From: a virus | DNA length: 64,000 bases | Reading direction: 5' to 3' (one strand) | Virus record (IMG/VR): IMGVR_UViG_3300023179_000032 | Span: 1 to 64,000 of that record | Shown here: piece by piece, positions 48,101 to 59,200 of the stretch | How positions within the stretch are numbered: the first letter of the stretch is position 1 | Layout of the letters: each line of letters begins with the position of its first letter | Made by a program: the position numbers and the translations under genes | Notes under the pieces: generated by a model | What the model was told of the DNA's origin: nothing | What the model saw: the letters and a program-made list of their open reading frames with translations, nothing else | Databases searched by the model: none

Positions 48101-51100
48101 CCGACATCAGTTAAAAAATTAGAATCTGTTATATTTGTATAATTTACATCAATAGATGGTGCGTCACCTTTTCTACTTAGGATTACTAATGTTTTAGGCG
48201 TATCAGAATTATCATCATTAACAAACTTAACTTGGTAACCAAATTCCTCATTACTTTCTGCATTTCTATTATTAATAGTTTGAAATAATGCAAAATTACC
48301 ACTAGTCTTTTTATAAATTCTAACAGCACCTTGATTAGTAAAATTATTAGTATCCTCTAAATTAGCACCTACAGCAAGATATTGATTATTACTGCTTATT
48401 GATACACTATGTCCAAATCTATCCACAGTGTTTTCCACTGTTTGTATTAAACTATATGAATTATTATATACATAAACTTTTTTAGTAACTGCATCTGAAA
48501 TTACTATATTATTATAATCTTTACTAACGTCAAAATCTGAACAAAAACCTATGCTTGGTGTAACTAATTCTATTTTAATTCTTAATGATGCATCTACAGG
48601 ATTAAAAATATACAACCCATCACCTAAACAATTAACAAATAAATTATATTCTACTAAATTTGGGTTAGGATTTTCTTTTACAATAAATTTTAATTTAGTA
48701 CCAAAATTTAAGTTTACGTTTCCAGGTTTAATAATTGTAGTTTTATAAGTGTAATCTTGATTAGATTTTAAATTTGTTAGATAGTGTACACCTGGTAAAC
48801 TTTTCTTTAATGTTAAAACTTCCTGTAGCTCAACATCCTTAGTTAAAATAAAACTGTTAGAATCAATGACTTTCACATAGTATTCTTGATCATCCTCTGT
48901 TCCTACAATAGTATTAGTTAAACTTGTTAATTTAACTAACGTACCGTCAGCTAAACCATGTTGATTTATAACAATTCTATTATTTAAATAATCTAACCTA
49001 TTACCTGTAGTCAAAGTAAAATCACTATTGAATACTAAAGTTTGTTGTGGTATTGAGTAAACAAGAATAACTCTTTCTAAAGTTGTAGCATTACGTTTTC
49101 TTATGCCACTAATTGCTATAAATCGAAAATCTTCACTTACTGCTGTAACATCACCATAATCAAATACGTTATTTTCAGAAAATAAAAGTTGTTTTTTCAC
49201 CCATAAAGGTGTAAGATAAGGTTTTGAATATACTAATACTTGTCGATTACTACTTGTAGTTTCTGTCCAAAACAAATTATCTGTAGGAACATTAGTTGTG
49301 TTAGATATACAAACATAAAACTTGCCATCTGTAGGATAAAAAACTACATCATTAACTGTATAAGATGTGCCTAAATTAAAATTATATTTGAAAACTTCTT
49401 TTTTTCGTAATGTAACTAATAACAAAGTAGTCAAACTATTAGTACTAACTCTATAACCAAATTCTTGATTGGGTTCAATATTATAATTGCTTAAATTTGT
49501 TTTTTTGTATACTTTTTTATTTTTCCAAATGCTTTCATAACTTTCATTACTAATCCAAGCTAGTTCACCATAAGGCCAATCATTAATTTCTAAATTAATA
49601 TACTTAGGTACTAACAAATTATCTATATTACTAAATCTATGTTCTGTAAAATTATATGTTATTACGGTAGGTATATTTAAATTATTAAGTTGAAATCCTA
49701 CAGGTATAGCAATTTTAAAAGTTTTAGCTACTGCATCTACTGCTGTAACTATATAAAATCCAAATAATTTATCGTAATCTGATGTGATAGCTAGTATGTC
49801 GTTGACCTGTATATTTGGAAAAATATTATAAGTAAATTGCACTTGATTACTAACAACAACAACATTTGTAATTGTAGAATAAAGTTTATTATATCTAAAA
49901 ATATTCCAATCATCATTAAATTGATTTATTTTCTTTTGAAAACCACACCATACATAATCACCTGAAACTAGATCAGATGGGGAAATCAAACTATCTTCCT
50001 GCATGGTTATTAGATCACTTAGATCATCTAATATTACTTTGGCCATTTCAACTTTACAAAATCCTGGTGTTTTTAATAAAGGATAGGGAGTATCATCAAC
50101 AGGCCATAAATTTTTGTCGTAATTTTTTGGTTTTAGATAGATATCGTTAGCTGTGTATCTTATAACAAAATCATTTTTACTAGGATCGATCTCGTCTACT
50201 ATTTCAAATGGCTGTGGATCTAATTTAAAAAATGTTTCATCTAGTGCAAATTCCACTTCATCATATGATTCAGTTGATCCAAATCTACCTACACGTATGG
50301 CCCATTCTTCTAAAAATTCAAAGCTATCTTTACCATCAGAACTTAGTACATCAAATAGTTTGTTAAGGCTGTTAACTGTGCCTTTTTCTGTGATCATTCC
50401 CTGATAAAATTTAAACTCACTGACATCATTTTTAATAATATTGCTTAGATATTGGCGTTTTTGATATCCTATTAGATGTTGAGCTATTCGCTGTTGATCA
50501 ATGTCAAAGTTATCACTATCTAAATCATAAAAATCTAAAAATTGTAAAGACTTATAATCCCAATTAGGTATTAATTTAGATTCAGGAGCAGTGGCCAGTT
50601 TATTCCATTGTGTATTATCAAAATTTTCACTACCAATTATTTTTGTTAAAGCACTGTAATAAAATTCTTTATACTTAACTATATCACCTATATTATAATC
50701 AATCCAAGAAGTCCATTCTTGGATATGTGCTTCATCATATACAAAGCCTGGGCTATCAAAACTACCATTCCAGTCTATAGTTTTATACCCGTATACCTTA
50801 AGTCTTTCCTGTCTATATCCTGTTGATTTATTAAAAATTACATCGTTAAACTGTGTAACATTATCTATAATAAGTACGTGTTCTTTTTGTACTAGATATA
50901 GTCCCAATCCGTAGATACCTAGCTCAGTATTTTTAGGTTTGACTATAAATTTTCCGTTTTCTCTATAAAAATTTAAATCTTCTGGCTTATATTTTCCACC
51001 ATCTGCTCTAAAAATTTCATATTCATAACTATTCAAAATGTCATTTACTACATTATATTCCAAGTTAACAGAAATTTCTAGTGCGGAAGGACTTAAACTT

Positions 51101-54100
51101 ATAGCACTGGCTCCATCACTATTAATGTTATCAATCTGTAAAAAATATTGTTCTTCGAAATTATTTTGACTTATATGAGGTACAATAGTTCTATAAAATT
51201 GTCTATTATATAAAACTATGTCATTGTACAAATAATTTGTTAATTGAAGCCAATCTCTATAGCTATCTGATCCAGCACTCCAGTTTTGAGTAGTCCAAAA
51301 CAAAAATTCTTTAACACTCAAACTCCAATCACCTATAGAATTAATTTCTGAAATATAATTAGTAAAGATAAAACCTTGACTTTTTAAATATTCTTGATAT
51401 CCTAAAAGAAAATCTACAACTTCTTGTTTACTATAAATGATAGATCCATAAGTTAATATAGTAGGAGTAGGATCAAATTCACTTCTTATATTTGCATCTG
51501 CTCCACCAACAATAGGTAGAGCTGCTAGTTTAGCCAATAAATTATAGCTAGGATTACTACTGCTAGTATGAGATGTTTTTACTCTATAGTATCCATCCCC
51601 TATTCTAACAATATTACCCGCAACATATCTTTGTTGTGCTTCCCAAACAATAAAGCTTTCACTAATTCCACCTACATTGATGTCATAGCCTTTTTTGGTC
51701 CAAGGAAAATAATAAAAGTATGGTTGACTTAGACTATAACCTTTAATTTCATAACCTAATCCTAATTTTGTAACAACTTTTGTTACAATAACACCACTAT
51801 AAAATAGCTTTTTAGTTGGACTACTAGTGTTTAATATAACTTTATAATTTTCTTTTGGCACAAATACACTAGTTTTTGAATTAACATTCCTACTATCTAA
51901 TATTAAATTAAATTTTTCTTCACTAGTATAACCACTTATTCTGTGACTGAGCTTATTGGTTAATTGTGAAAGTATAGTCTTATAATCTGAAAGTGCTTTC
52001 TTTTCATTAGATAATAGATAATCAACAACATAATTAACTAATCCGCTAGTTTGTATTCTTTCGCTATCAGATGCTACACTTGTTATTTTTAAATCTTTAA
52101 GTTGTAGTCTTAAACCTGTTTCTGTGTAAACTAATTGATCAGAAGGATCTCTTTCTATTCTTGATCTGTCAAAATACACACTAAACACCTTATTAGGTGT
52201 CATTAATATCATATTTTTTAGAAAGCAAAAAGAATAATAACTACTTCTTCTCCAAGCGTTTTCAACTGGTCCAATGTCACCAAATATATAATTTTTATCT
52301 ACTCTATTATTAAACAATCCAGTTGCAATATTAGTTGCTATAGGATCTAATAATGCTCCTTGATCAGTAGTAGGAATATTATCTAAAATTGGTTTGACAA
52401 ATTTACTGTTTACTCTTAAAGGTTTATTAGGCTCTCTAATTACGCCATCTCTAAGATCATTCCAAAGCACATAATTATCACTAGTATATGGCGCAAGTCC
52501 GTACACTTCGTCCCACCATTTTGGTTTAATACTAAATCCTAAACTTTCCCAAGGAGCAATATGTATACGATCAGTATCAAAATACCATTTATAAATTCCA
52601 CGCCAATAACCATCTAGAGTAGTTTTATCAAAACTTTGACACTCAGAATAATTATAAGTAAATGGATTTGAACTCTTATAATTAACAGTTCTACTAAAAT
52701 CTTGATCTATTAGTAAAGTCCATTTAAAGAAATTAGAACTTATTATTTGATTAAATTCTTGTTTAGAATAATCTGTATTTCTATTAGAACCTTCAATATA
52801 ATTGTATATGTCAATAACATTTGGATCATATTCTATTTTAATATTATTAAAAATACGTTTTTCTAATTCTAAAATAAGATCATCTCTAAAATCATCAAAT
52901 GCTGCAATAATACTCCCATCGTGTCCTTGTATAACATTTTGAGGATACTGTAATGTTGTATCTAAATATTTTTTTGGTTCAAATTTTGGATACAAACCTA
53001 AACTTGTTGGGGTAGGTGGTATAAAACAACCATCTGTACTATCATACTCAAACATATCAACAATGTCATCTTCCTTTAATTTAACGAAGACTTTTACAAA
53101 TCCTTGATCAGTAAATTCGTAATCTCTTTTGTAAAGTAACTGTTGATTATTAACATATATGTAGGTAGCACCTGTACTTAACTTGTTTAAATTAAATAGC
53201 CTACTAAGAGGAAATTGATCTTGTACAAATTCTTTTATTTTAAATTGCGTATGTTTTTGTCCATTATATGCCAGCATATCACTAAAATAATAAGGCATTG
53301 ATTTTGTTTTATTAAGATTAATATTACGTAGTAGATCGTCAACAGAAACTTTAATATTTTCTATATCTTCTAAATATTCACTGTTGAAAATGAATGATCT
53401 TTTAAATTTATTATAATCATTCATTGCCATATCTATTGCTTTTAATATATTGGCATTGTTATCAGTAAGATGATACAATGATAAATTCATACTACCACTG
53501 TGCTGTATAAACTTAGTTCCTCTTTCTGTTAAGTTACCTATATCACGTAGGTTACCAGGTCCTGGATATACTCCCTTAAAATTGTCAAGACTGTCTATTA
53601 TTGAATCTACATGATCAATTACTTCGCCTAGTGTAAATGACTCTACATTTTCATTTAGTGGGTTATTTTGAAAACTTAATGGAAATTCATAGTATCCATT
53701 AGCATTTTTAGGTTGACTAGTATAACATTTTAAAGTAACAACATCGTTTTCAGTTATATCTTCTGCTAATTTTACAAGTTTATAAACTACACCGTCTCTT
53801 ATTTGAAATTGATTAAAATCTAATCTTTTTCCGTTAATATAAACTTTTAATCTTAAGTCATCTAAATTATCCTTATCATCAAACATATCTAAAGGAAAAT
53901 CATTAACAATTAATTTATTTGTAGTGTTAACTAGTTCATATTCATTTTTATATACTCGAATAACTGGCTGAGTATTTTCTAATACGTTCTTTTCCCAACC
54001 ATTAACTAATACTTTTTCATTTGATGTGTTTAATATTTGTAAAAACTTATTAGATGTAATGTCTGTTATAGTTGTAGTAACTATTTTATATTTGAAAATA

Positions 54101-56262
54101 TCCGTTGCAAGATTAAAATCAAATACAATATCCCCTATATTATTAATATTTTTATAGGTTAGGCTGAAGCCTAGTTCTTTATCAATAGATCCTTCGCCTT
54201 CGTTATAACTAAAAAGTCTGCATCCTTTAAAATTGGAACCTTCGTATTTTGAAGTATCATTTAGATGGAACCCTTCTTTGTCAAACAAATCAAACAAAGG
54301 TGATTGATTAAGTTTTAATTTTTGTTGACCATAGGTCCAAGTTGTGCCATTAAACCAAAACATTTTACCAGAATAAGTATTTCCACCAAGAACTAACACA
54401 GTTTGATCTAGCAGTGGATCTGTATCTTCTTCTTCAACCAAATGTATCCTACGTTTGCTTAAACCTAGATCTTCTTCATAAATGTTTAAATATTCTACTC
54501 TAAATACTTTATTTTTAACTTTTGGATCAGTGTCGGCAGTGAATATAACTCTATGTCCATTTATTAAACTTTGTCCATCAACATTATATCCTAAACTACC
54601 TTCTACAATACTAAAGACATCTTTAGTAAAATCATCAAATAGATCAATATTCTTTTTACTTCTATTCCCAAAATTAAATAATCTTAAATTAGGTTCAAAT
54701 TCTATAATAGGTCTTATAGCTCTTTGTGTTTGATCAAATATTGGTTGTTTGCCTAATATGCGAGCAGTTGTTTCTATAATATCTTTATGAAACCATCTAT
54801 TATATCTTGACCATGCATTTCTATCTAAACTACTACGATTAATAGTAATATATTCTTTGTCTAGTGCAGCATAACTTATGTTATTGTATGCAAACTGATC
54901 AAAACCACTTTGATCAAAATTTACTGGTACATTATAAGTTAAGTCTGTTACTTCCTCTAAAGTTTTTACATCTATTAATTTTATAGCAGAACCTACACCT
55001 TCTACATAAAAATCTTTATCTCTATAAAATTCAGGATATACGATTCCTCTAAACCTGATTTTCATTCCATTAGAAAATTGTAGTCCATTACCAAAAAAAT
55101 CTTTTTTACCAACTATTTCATTTTCAACATCTATAGTTGTATTTTCATCTAAATCAAATATTTTTATGATTCCACTAGTATCTGGATTAGTTTCACTAAC
55201 ATAATACAATAAATCAGGAGTTTTTGGACTAATTTTTAATTCTAAAACACCATTTTTAACATTAAAATTTTTAGTTTCAACTAGTTTATTGTTTACATAT
55301 TCATAAGTTTTTATACCATCAATAAACCTAAACCTATCATTAAGTTTAATCTTAAAAAAATCCACAATAACTACATCATTAGTTGTAATGTTGGTTTCTA
55401 AAATAAGGACTTTTTTATTGTTTTCATTTATAACAAATGTAAATTTGTCTTGATTTAGTTTAACACCGTTAATGTATACTTCAGTTAGTAGTTGTGTAAC
55501 ATCCTCTGTATCTGTTAATACTTCAATAACAAAATTATTTTCGCCGTGTTGTGTAAAATTAAACTCTTGAGTTGCATAAAAATTAGGAATACCACTACTA
55601 ACACGTTCTGTTTTTATACTAAATGGATGATCAGGTGCATTAATTTCAAATCTATAAGTTTCACCTCTATATAATCTTAAATCAGGGTTACGTGTTAGTG
55701 CATCTGGTGTAAACAAATAAGCAAAATTATCACCCTCATCTACTAGTTCAACTTTTAAAGTACTAACTATGTCTAAAGTTTTTGTTCCTTTAAAAGGAAT
55801 AGCTTCTGGTCCATAAGGTAACCAATAGTATTGTAAGTAATTTACAAACTTATCCCAATTAATATGTGGATTCCAACTATAGAATTCCTCTTTATTTAGG
55901 CGTTGATGATTATTAACTATACCACCTAATACCTCAATATTGTTAATATAGTCAATATAGTCTTTATAAAATACAGTATCACCTAGATAATTTTCGTAGA
56001 CTAAACAAGGTTCAAGTTGATAAGCTGCACGATTAGATGTGACTTCATCTAAAAATATATCAGTTCCTATATTAGCTTTACTATTTTGTCTGCCAATATA
56101 ACCGTTTAATTTTTTTGCAGTTCCACGTTGAATAAGATTATCAATAGTTCCTGCTAAAAACTTCTTATTGCTGTCAGTTCTATAGTAGGTAGGTAAAAAT
56201 TTTTCAGATTTTCTTTTGTCAGTATTGTTTAAAGGAACTTCAAATTGGTTTTCTTCGGACAT
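42169..56262 (-). CDS. giant baseplate/tail protein (4697 aa; gp7-like wedge position)
   Basis: Directly downstream of gp6; N-term FLP.YY..D..KKFL; I...G.GY..PP.V.I repeats; propeller-like region; W..Y..(G/N)D.V.Y repeats. Confidence 0.75.
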   Translation of the reverse strand: MSEENQFEVPLNNTDKRKSEKFLPTYYRTDSNKKFLAGTIDNLIQRGTAKKLNGYIGRQNSKANIGTDIFLDEVTSNRAAYQLEPCLVYENYLGDTVFYKDYIDYINNIEVLGGIVNNHQRLNKEEFYSWNPHINWDKFVNYLQYYWLPYGPEAIPFKGTKTLDIVSTLKVELVDEGDNFAYLFTPDALTRNPDLRLYRGETYRFEINAPDHPFSIKTERVSSGIPNFYATQEFNFTQHGENNFVIEVLTDTEDVTQLLTEVYINGVKLNQDKFTFVINENNKKVLILETNITTNDVVIVDFFKIKLNDRFRFIDGIKTYEYVNNKLVETKNFNVKNGVLELKISPKTPDLLYYVSETNPDTSGIIKIFDLDENTTIDVENEIVGKKDFFGNGLQFSNGMKIRFRGIVYPEFYRDKDFYVEGVGSAIKLIDVKTLEEVTDLTYNVPVNFDQSGFDQFAYNNISYAALDKEYITINRSSLDRNAWSRYNRWFHKDIIETTARILGKQPIFDQTQRAIRPIIEFEPNLRLFNFGNRSKKNIDLFDDFTKDVFSIVEGSLGYNVDGQSLINGHRVIFTADTDPKVKNKVFRVEYLNIYEEDLGLSKRRIHLVEEEDTDPLLDQTVLVLGGNTYSGKMFWFNGTTWTYGQQKLKLNQSPLFDLFDKEGFHLNDTSKYEGSNFKGCRLFSYNEGEGSIDKELGFSLTYKNINNIGDIVFDFNLATDIFKYKIVTTTITDITSNKFLQILNTSNEKVLVNGWEKNVLENTQPVIRVYKNEYELVNTTNKLIVNDFPLDMFDDKDNLDDLRLKVYINGKRLDFNQFQIRDGVVYKLVKLAEDITENDVVTLKCYTSQPKNANGYYEFPLSFQNNPLNENVESFTLGEVIDHVDSIIDSLDNFKGVYPGPGNLRDIGNLTERGTKFIQHSGSMNLSLYHLTDNNANILKAIDMAMNDYNKFKRSFIFNSEYLEDIENIKVSVDDLLRNINLNKTKSMPYYFSDMLAYNGQKHTQFKIKEFVQDQFPLSRLFNLNKLSTGATYIYVNNQQLLYKRDYEFTDQGFVKVFVKLKEDDIVDMFEYDSTDGCFIPPTPTSLGLYPKFEPKKYLDTTLQYPQNVIQGHDGSIIAAFDDFRDDLILELEKRIFNNIKIEYDPNVIDIYNYIEGSNRNTDYSKQEFNQIISSNFFKWTLLIDQDFSRTVNYKSSNPFTYNYSECQSFDKTTLDGYWRGIYKWYFDTDRIHIAPWESLGFSIKPKWWDEVYGLAPYTSDNYVLWNDLRDGVIREPNKPLRVNSKFVKPILDNIPTTDQGALLDPIATNIATGLFNNRVDKNYIFGDIGPVENAWRRSSYYSFCFLKNMILMTPNKVFSVYFDRSRIERDPSDQLVYTETGLRLQLKDLKITSVASDSERIQTSGLVNYVVDYLLSNEKKALSDYKTILSQLTNKLSHRISGYTSEEKFNLILDSRNVNSKTSVFVPKENYKVILNTSSPTKKLFYSGVIVTKVVTKLGLGYEIKGYSLSQPYFYYFPWTKKGYDINVGGISESFIVWEAQQRYVAGNIVRIGDGYYRVKTSHTSSSNPSYNLLAKLAALPIVGGADANIRSEFDPTPTILTYGSIIYSKQEVVDFLLGYQEYLKSQGFIFTNYISEINSIGDWSLSVKEFLFWTTQNWSAGSDSYRDWLQLTNYLYNDIVLYNRQFYRTIVPHISQNNFEEQYFLQIDNINSDGASAISLSPSALEISVNLEYNVVNDILNSYEYEIFRADGGKYKPEDLNFYRENGKFIVKPKNTELGIYGLGLYLVQKEHVLIIDNVTQFNDVIFNKSTGYRQERLKVYGYKTIDWNGSFDSPGFVYDEAHIQEWTSWIDYNIGDIVKYKEFYYSALTKIIGSENFDNTQWNKLATAPESKLIPNWDYKSLQFLDFYDLDSDNFDIDQQRIAQHLIGYQKRQYLSNIIKNDVSEFKFYQGMITEKGTVNSLNKLFDVLSSDGKDSFEFLEEWAIRVGRFGSTESYDEVEFALDETFFKLDPQPFEIVDEIDPSKNDFVIRYTANDIYLKPKNYDKNLWPVDDTPYPLLKTPGFCKVEMAKVILDDLSDLITMQEDSLISPSDLVSGDYVWCGFQKKINQFNDDWNIFRYNKLYSTITNVVVVSNQVQFTYNIFPNIQVNDILAITSDYDKLFGFYIVTAVDAVAKTFKIAIPVGFQLNNLNIPTVITYNFTEHRFSNIDNLLVPKYINLEINDWPYGELAWISNESYESIWKNKKVYKKTNLSNYNIEPNQEFGYRVSTNSLTTLLLVTLRKKEVFKYNFNLGTSYTVNDVVFYPTDGKFYVCISNTTNVPTDNLFWTETTSSNRQVLVYSKPYLTPLWVKKQLLFSENNVFDYGDVTAVSEDFRFIAISGIRKRNATTLERVILVYSIPQQTLVFNSDFTLTTGNRLDYLNNRIVINQHGLADGTLVKLTSLTNTIVGTEDDQEYYVKVIDSNSFILTKDVELQEVLTLKKSLPGVHYLTNLKSNQDYTYKTTIIKPGNVNLNFGTKLKFIVKENPNPNLVEYNLFVNCLGDGLYIFNPVDASLRIKIELVTPSIGFCSDFDVSKDYNNIVISDAVTKKVYVYNNSYSLIQTVENTVDRFGHSVSISSNNQYLAVGANLEDTNNFTNQGAVRIYKKTSGNFALFQTINNRNAESNEEFGYQVKFVNDDNSDTPKTLVILSRKGDAPSIDVNYTNITDSNFLTDVGRVDIFDRYNTKFIFSESLSISPTVTTEIPSITIGDNTIIIGNHNLTNSQNSRDGVVYIHEKKRNTYSWNEELHEKDPISLDWFKKIFLYNRKNNNLITYLDIINPKMGKIAGIAEQEIKFKTYYDPANYSYKNSGFISPISVDDGLAWTDAQVGMLWWDLRRAKFLDATIGDVVYNNSVWNTLFPTASIDVYEWVESRFLPSQWDELADTVDGISLGISGLSLYGDKAYSIKKSYDNLSNKVNLTYYFWVKNKKIIPNKHGRKIASIDCTTIIENPKNANIKYIKFLDKNAFSLANVTPLLDKDNILLSLQYWIQDPKNLQVHNEYKIISNNEKTSIPPYIEKKWFDSLIGFDDSGVMLPRLNIPPKLRYGIEFNPNQTMFVNRLEAVKLLVEKFNNDFKSIQVDNIDLSDFYIKDEIPHISFGLYDYIKDVYGELRFVVSQRFVQAKLEPVVFQGKITQVKIIEKGYGYQVPPSVTISGTGTNAELKLTINSVGSITNVEVLNKGLNYSASTTITVRPLSVVVRSDENTLNEWAIYHFINNNWVKVKTKDFDVTKYWYFIDWYEDGYNQFTKINHLVNDYDELLKVQSNIGDIVKVNNIGSSDDWVLALKISNDIAVDYTQIYRIVGRKNGAIQLSTDFYNFRINDQGYDGLLYDSDLYDRVGSQELRIILNSLKNKILVDNRRKIYIDLFFASIRYILKEQPFVDWIFKTSFIKVLHFVGPLRQKVNFNNDNLEDYESYIKEVKPFRTKIREFVSVYDTIESSNSLITDFDLPSYINKTGKIRTLFTQFEKNSVFIENENLFKLQPWNSWLNNTTFNVAKVQIIDQGEGYTSYPTVEITGECTRPLKIKFYINRGKIVQVDILDPGEGYYIAPQIRIRGQFTETGREASVYAILGNSLIRNSRLAVKFDRYEKESIDDVLNVNVIDTFTGDGSTITFELRYSPDIDRTKFKVFVDNVEIFVTEYEVQKLTSQKKGYTVYYGSVTFDYPPGENLPIRIEYQKDFNNLNALERIKHFYKPTAGMLGIDFDQLMTGIDYGGVSISSIGFSKLNLWDGEFSWASKGWDSGEPTDDEIYDTIIEGGNLAANPTYRTASGIRADDIIIDGDGFITPMTSPAPEEMIPGHVADTLAIKVFERNITVTSEINCIRYITDGVTKEFKLTSYPNNEKAIIVKLNDDILIGDDYYFDYNNLNVILLNTPPAGQNLSILGFGFNGTNLITIDSIVATEENTTIVLDADYQDNISVYTVVAGKPISNIPFKTRGAWQSNVSYKLNDEVVYQTKVYQSLIDNNFSNLPLVYSQEDRDFVVNSKYWVKILDDVESYIKVGKIGVTFPEVLNVGDVVLYSVFLGSSSDQSILTREIITTDGVNQFYRLDNIVGYKTPLGPNTLVRVGDTILDSVDQFRFILKNRQVTYPIPLNKGDLDVYSTTDYEVFINSIKVPDAIAYSLNLLEKTITIKPNYYKENAEVTVSITKFAEYRIDNDLGYSRIRLRTVYPLGTQVEILAMTNHDLLDIGRFYLTIEKNVNNLIDSIYYPVLIEASGGVLYFDTQIKNSNYVWVTKNQKLLVPLTDYILREDRRSIRFTETPNEDDRFGIITFSSNVNRIPVRFMIFKDMLNNYSYIRLNKNRTTRLLRNLNATDKDIYIEDSSVISEANRISNVPGVVYINGERIEYMSRIGNKITELRRGTMGTGVPKVHKLGTEVYDIGFRETVPYKDETKTYKWLGIWDPNYRYLQDEVVNYNGQSWQQITGINYKLWESSKTYILNQQVIYNEKLYRSKQNLNVSKTPNLEPTWWELVESDITHYPSVKNLNWARTDLAFLDDSSNTLVVPWEPIVDDPDSTTNYNKRVLDLEVFVGTNRLKKIPYSIHDKTISPHSPEGDISYAADLITDGVNHGASVNKDLGFIKLREDPLNKRITIVRKQGTVWGDIGKSLSESNNKIAEFLQIDVDTYEGTKATLDSTNYTFDSDIARTDEE

Positions 56263-59200
56263 TAACGTAATCCTGCCTTACTTATAATATATTGTTGACT
56301 GACTATATTAGTATTAGTTGTGCTCATTTTGGCATTTAAAGCACTGGCTGTTACACTTTCTATAATTTCTAAATCGTCTGTAGTAGCGCCGTTAATAAAA
56401 ATTTCATCATTTTCTGCTGTAATTTCAAATAAACTACCAAATTCCAGTGTTTCCATGCGTGGCACAATTAAAATATTAACTAAAAATGGTGCTGTTCTAT
56501 TCATAACATAAGCAACTAATTCACTAAAATAAAAACTATCACCAAAATCCCAATTATCTAAAGTAAAAAACTCGTTAATTGCAGCCAGTACTTTAGATTT
56601 AAGATCATTGTCACTTATAGTTTGTTCAATATTCTTAATTAATTTAAAGCTGGCACGCAGGCTTGGTATAGCCTTAGCACCAAATAATACCTTAAATCTT
56701 ATGGGATGATATACTACTTCATCACTCATTGCCTTAATTTGGTTTAAACTTGATGCCAAGATTAAATTTAGCTGCTCTGTACTAGGTGGCATGGGTTCTT
56801 CACTTATAGATCCTAATAACCATTGTCTAAAACTTACATCATATTGTTTGGTTAATACATACAAATCCATTAGATTAGTTTGTCCAGGGTCTATTCTAGC
56901 TTCATAATCTGCACTATGAACATATTGAAATTTAATTTTATCTCTACCTTGAAATACTTTATAATCAAAATTTAGTTCCCACTTTGACTCAATTTCATTA
57001 TATCTATATAATAAACTCTCCTCAAAACTAAAAACATATTGACCATCTTTTAATAAACTTGAACTAACTTGATTCATATTTTCTAAAACAGTAACAATGG
57101 CCAAACCATCTTCTCTTTCATTGTAAACATATGAATAATCATACTGTCCTGTACTTGTTTCATATCTTTTTAATACAACAAAATTATTAAAATCTACATT
57201 TCCAATACTGGTTGTTGGGGCTACTGTATTATTAAAGATATCTGGATCATCTACAATACCATCATCATTACTGTCTTTAAAGGACAATTCAATTTTTTTA
57301 CTATTAGTGTAGCCGTCTGCTCCTAATAGTTCGTTAGTTATTTCCCAGTCAATGTCATAATTGTAAATTTGTTGTATATTAATTTTATTATTAATATTCA
57401 AAATACTAATTAGATCCTTAACTACAGTGTTAGTTTTTGTATCATAAACTTTATTTGTTTTATCAAAAAAGAATCTAATTTTCCTATCACTTTCAAAAAT
57501 ATATCTTAATTTGCGTACTTTAACTGTATAATTTTCTAAATCGCTGGTAAACAATAACAGCCAACTTGCATCTAATTTTTGATTTGATATATCACCAGTT
57601 CTAGTTACACTAAAATTATCAATTTGATTTAGATTAACTTCAAATATAACTTGCCAACTTTTAGTATCTATGTCATATCTTAATCCAAATGGCTTATTAG
57701 CAAATATTAATTCACTAATAATTGTGACTACATTATCAGTAAGGTTAGTACGCCATTTAGGTATAATTTCTTCTAGTATAGCTCCTGTTGGTAATTTTTC
57801 ATTAAAACTGATACTGCCTGTACCATCTTCTAATATTCCAGTGTTATTCAACCCCAATCCATTATTATTAATAGCAATTAGTTTAACCCAGATATAATTT
57901 GATGTATTTTCTTTATTTGCTACAAAATCAACTAGTTGATTATTACGTGTTTTTAAAAACATTTTTCCATTAGGTGCAACAAATTTTAATAAAGCCCCTA
58001 TTTCTAAATGCTTTAAATTATTATTGATATTGTAACCAATCACACTATTGTTAGTATCTTTTAGAAATCCAGTTGATAAATTACTAGCTTGAGTTTTTTG
58101 TGTCCAAGTTATATTAAAATCGTTACCAATATACTTTCTAGCAAATTTAAGATAGTAATAATTTCTTATGCTAATTTCACTAAGTGTAGGTAAAATTTTG
58201 TTTAGAACAATACCTTGAATGTCAACTTTATTTCTATAGCTAAATCTAAAACTATCTTCGTATTCTTCACGATAAAGTACACCATCATCGCTAAACAATA
58301 TTGTGTTACTATACTTGCCTGTAGGATCAATTAGATCAAAGTATCTACTAATTCCGCTACTAGTCCTGTTAATAGTTTTAATTTTTAATACATCTTGATC
58401 TACACTTAAAGGACTAATATTATAATCCTCAGCAGTGATCATTCTATTTTGAGTATAGTATGTAGCTGGTGCTTTAACTTTAACTTCTTCATCACTCTCA
58501 GTTGCACTACTATTAGCTACGCTGGTTTGTAAGCTCATTGATATACTTAAAACTTCTAACTGTCCAGTATTACTTAGATAAGAAAGATCAACACTAACAT
58601 TACGCATATCTTTTGGATTAATTGTATATGTTAGTCCATTACTAGTTCTATAATATAGCCTAAATGATCCAAACGGGATAGTAGCAAATACGCCATCACC
58701 AAATGCTAGACTAATACGATCATTAGTTCTTGTAATAACATTGTAGATGTTTTTTATATTCTTTTTAACACTATTGTATATAATATTGTTAGATTCTAAA
58801 TTAGGAACTCTTTCCCAATACTCACTTTCTATACCGTTAGCATTTAGTTTATATAACCATACATCAGTATCATTAATATTTGTGCTATCAATATCTACAA
58901 TATCATTACTTACTGGTTGTGTAAGATTAAATGAACCAGTATTCAATGTTCCTTGTTTGAACATTGTAAAGAATCCACTATTAACACTGCCTGCGCCTCT
59001 ACCATCATCTTTATATATGAATGATAATCTTCTTCCTGCAAGTGGCGGTTCTTCTGTTATTGATCCATCTTTAATTATTGTGCTTACAACTTCAAAATTC
59101 ATATTACGACCATCTACTGCTTTGCTAAAACCGTATACTGGTACACTGGTTCCTAAAGTTTGTAGCCTATATTGCTCAGATGGAATACCTATTACTTGAG

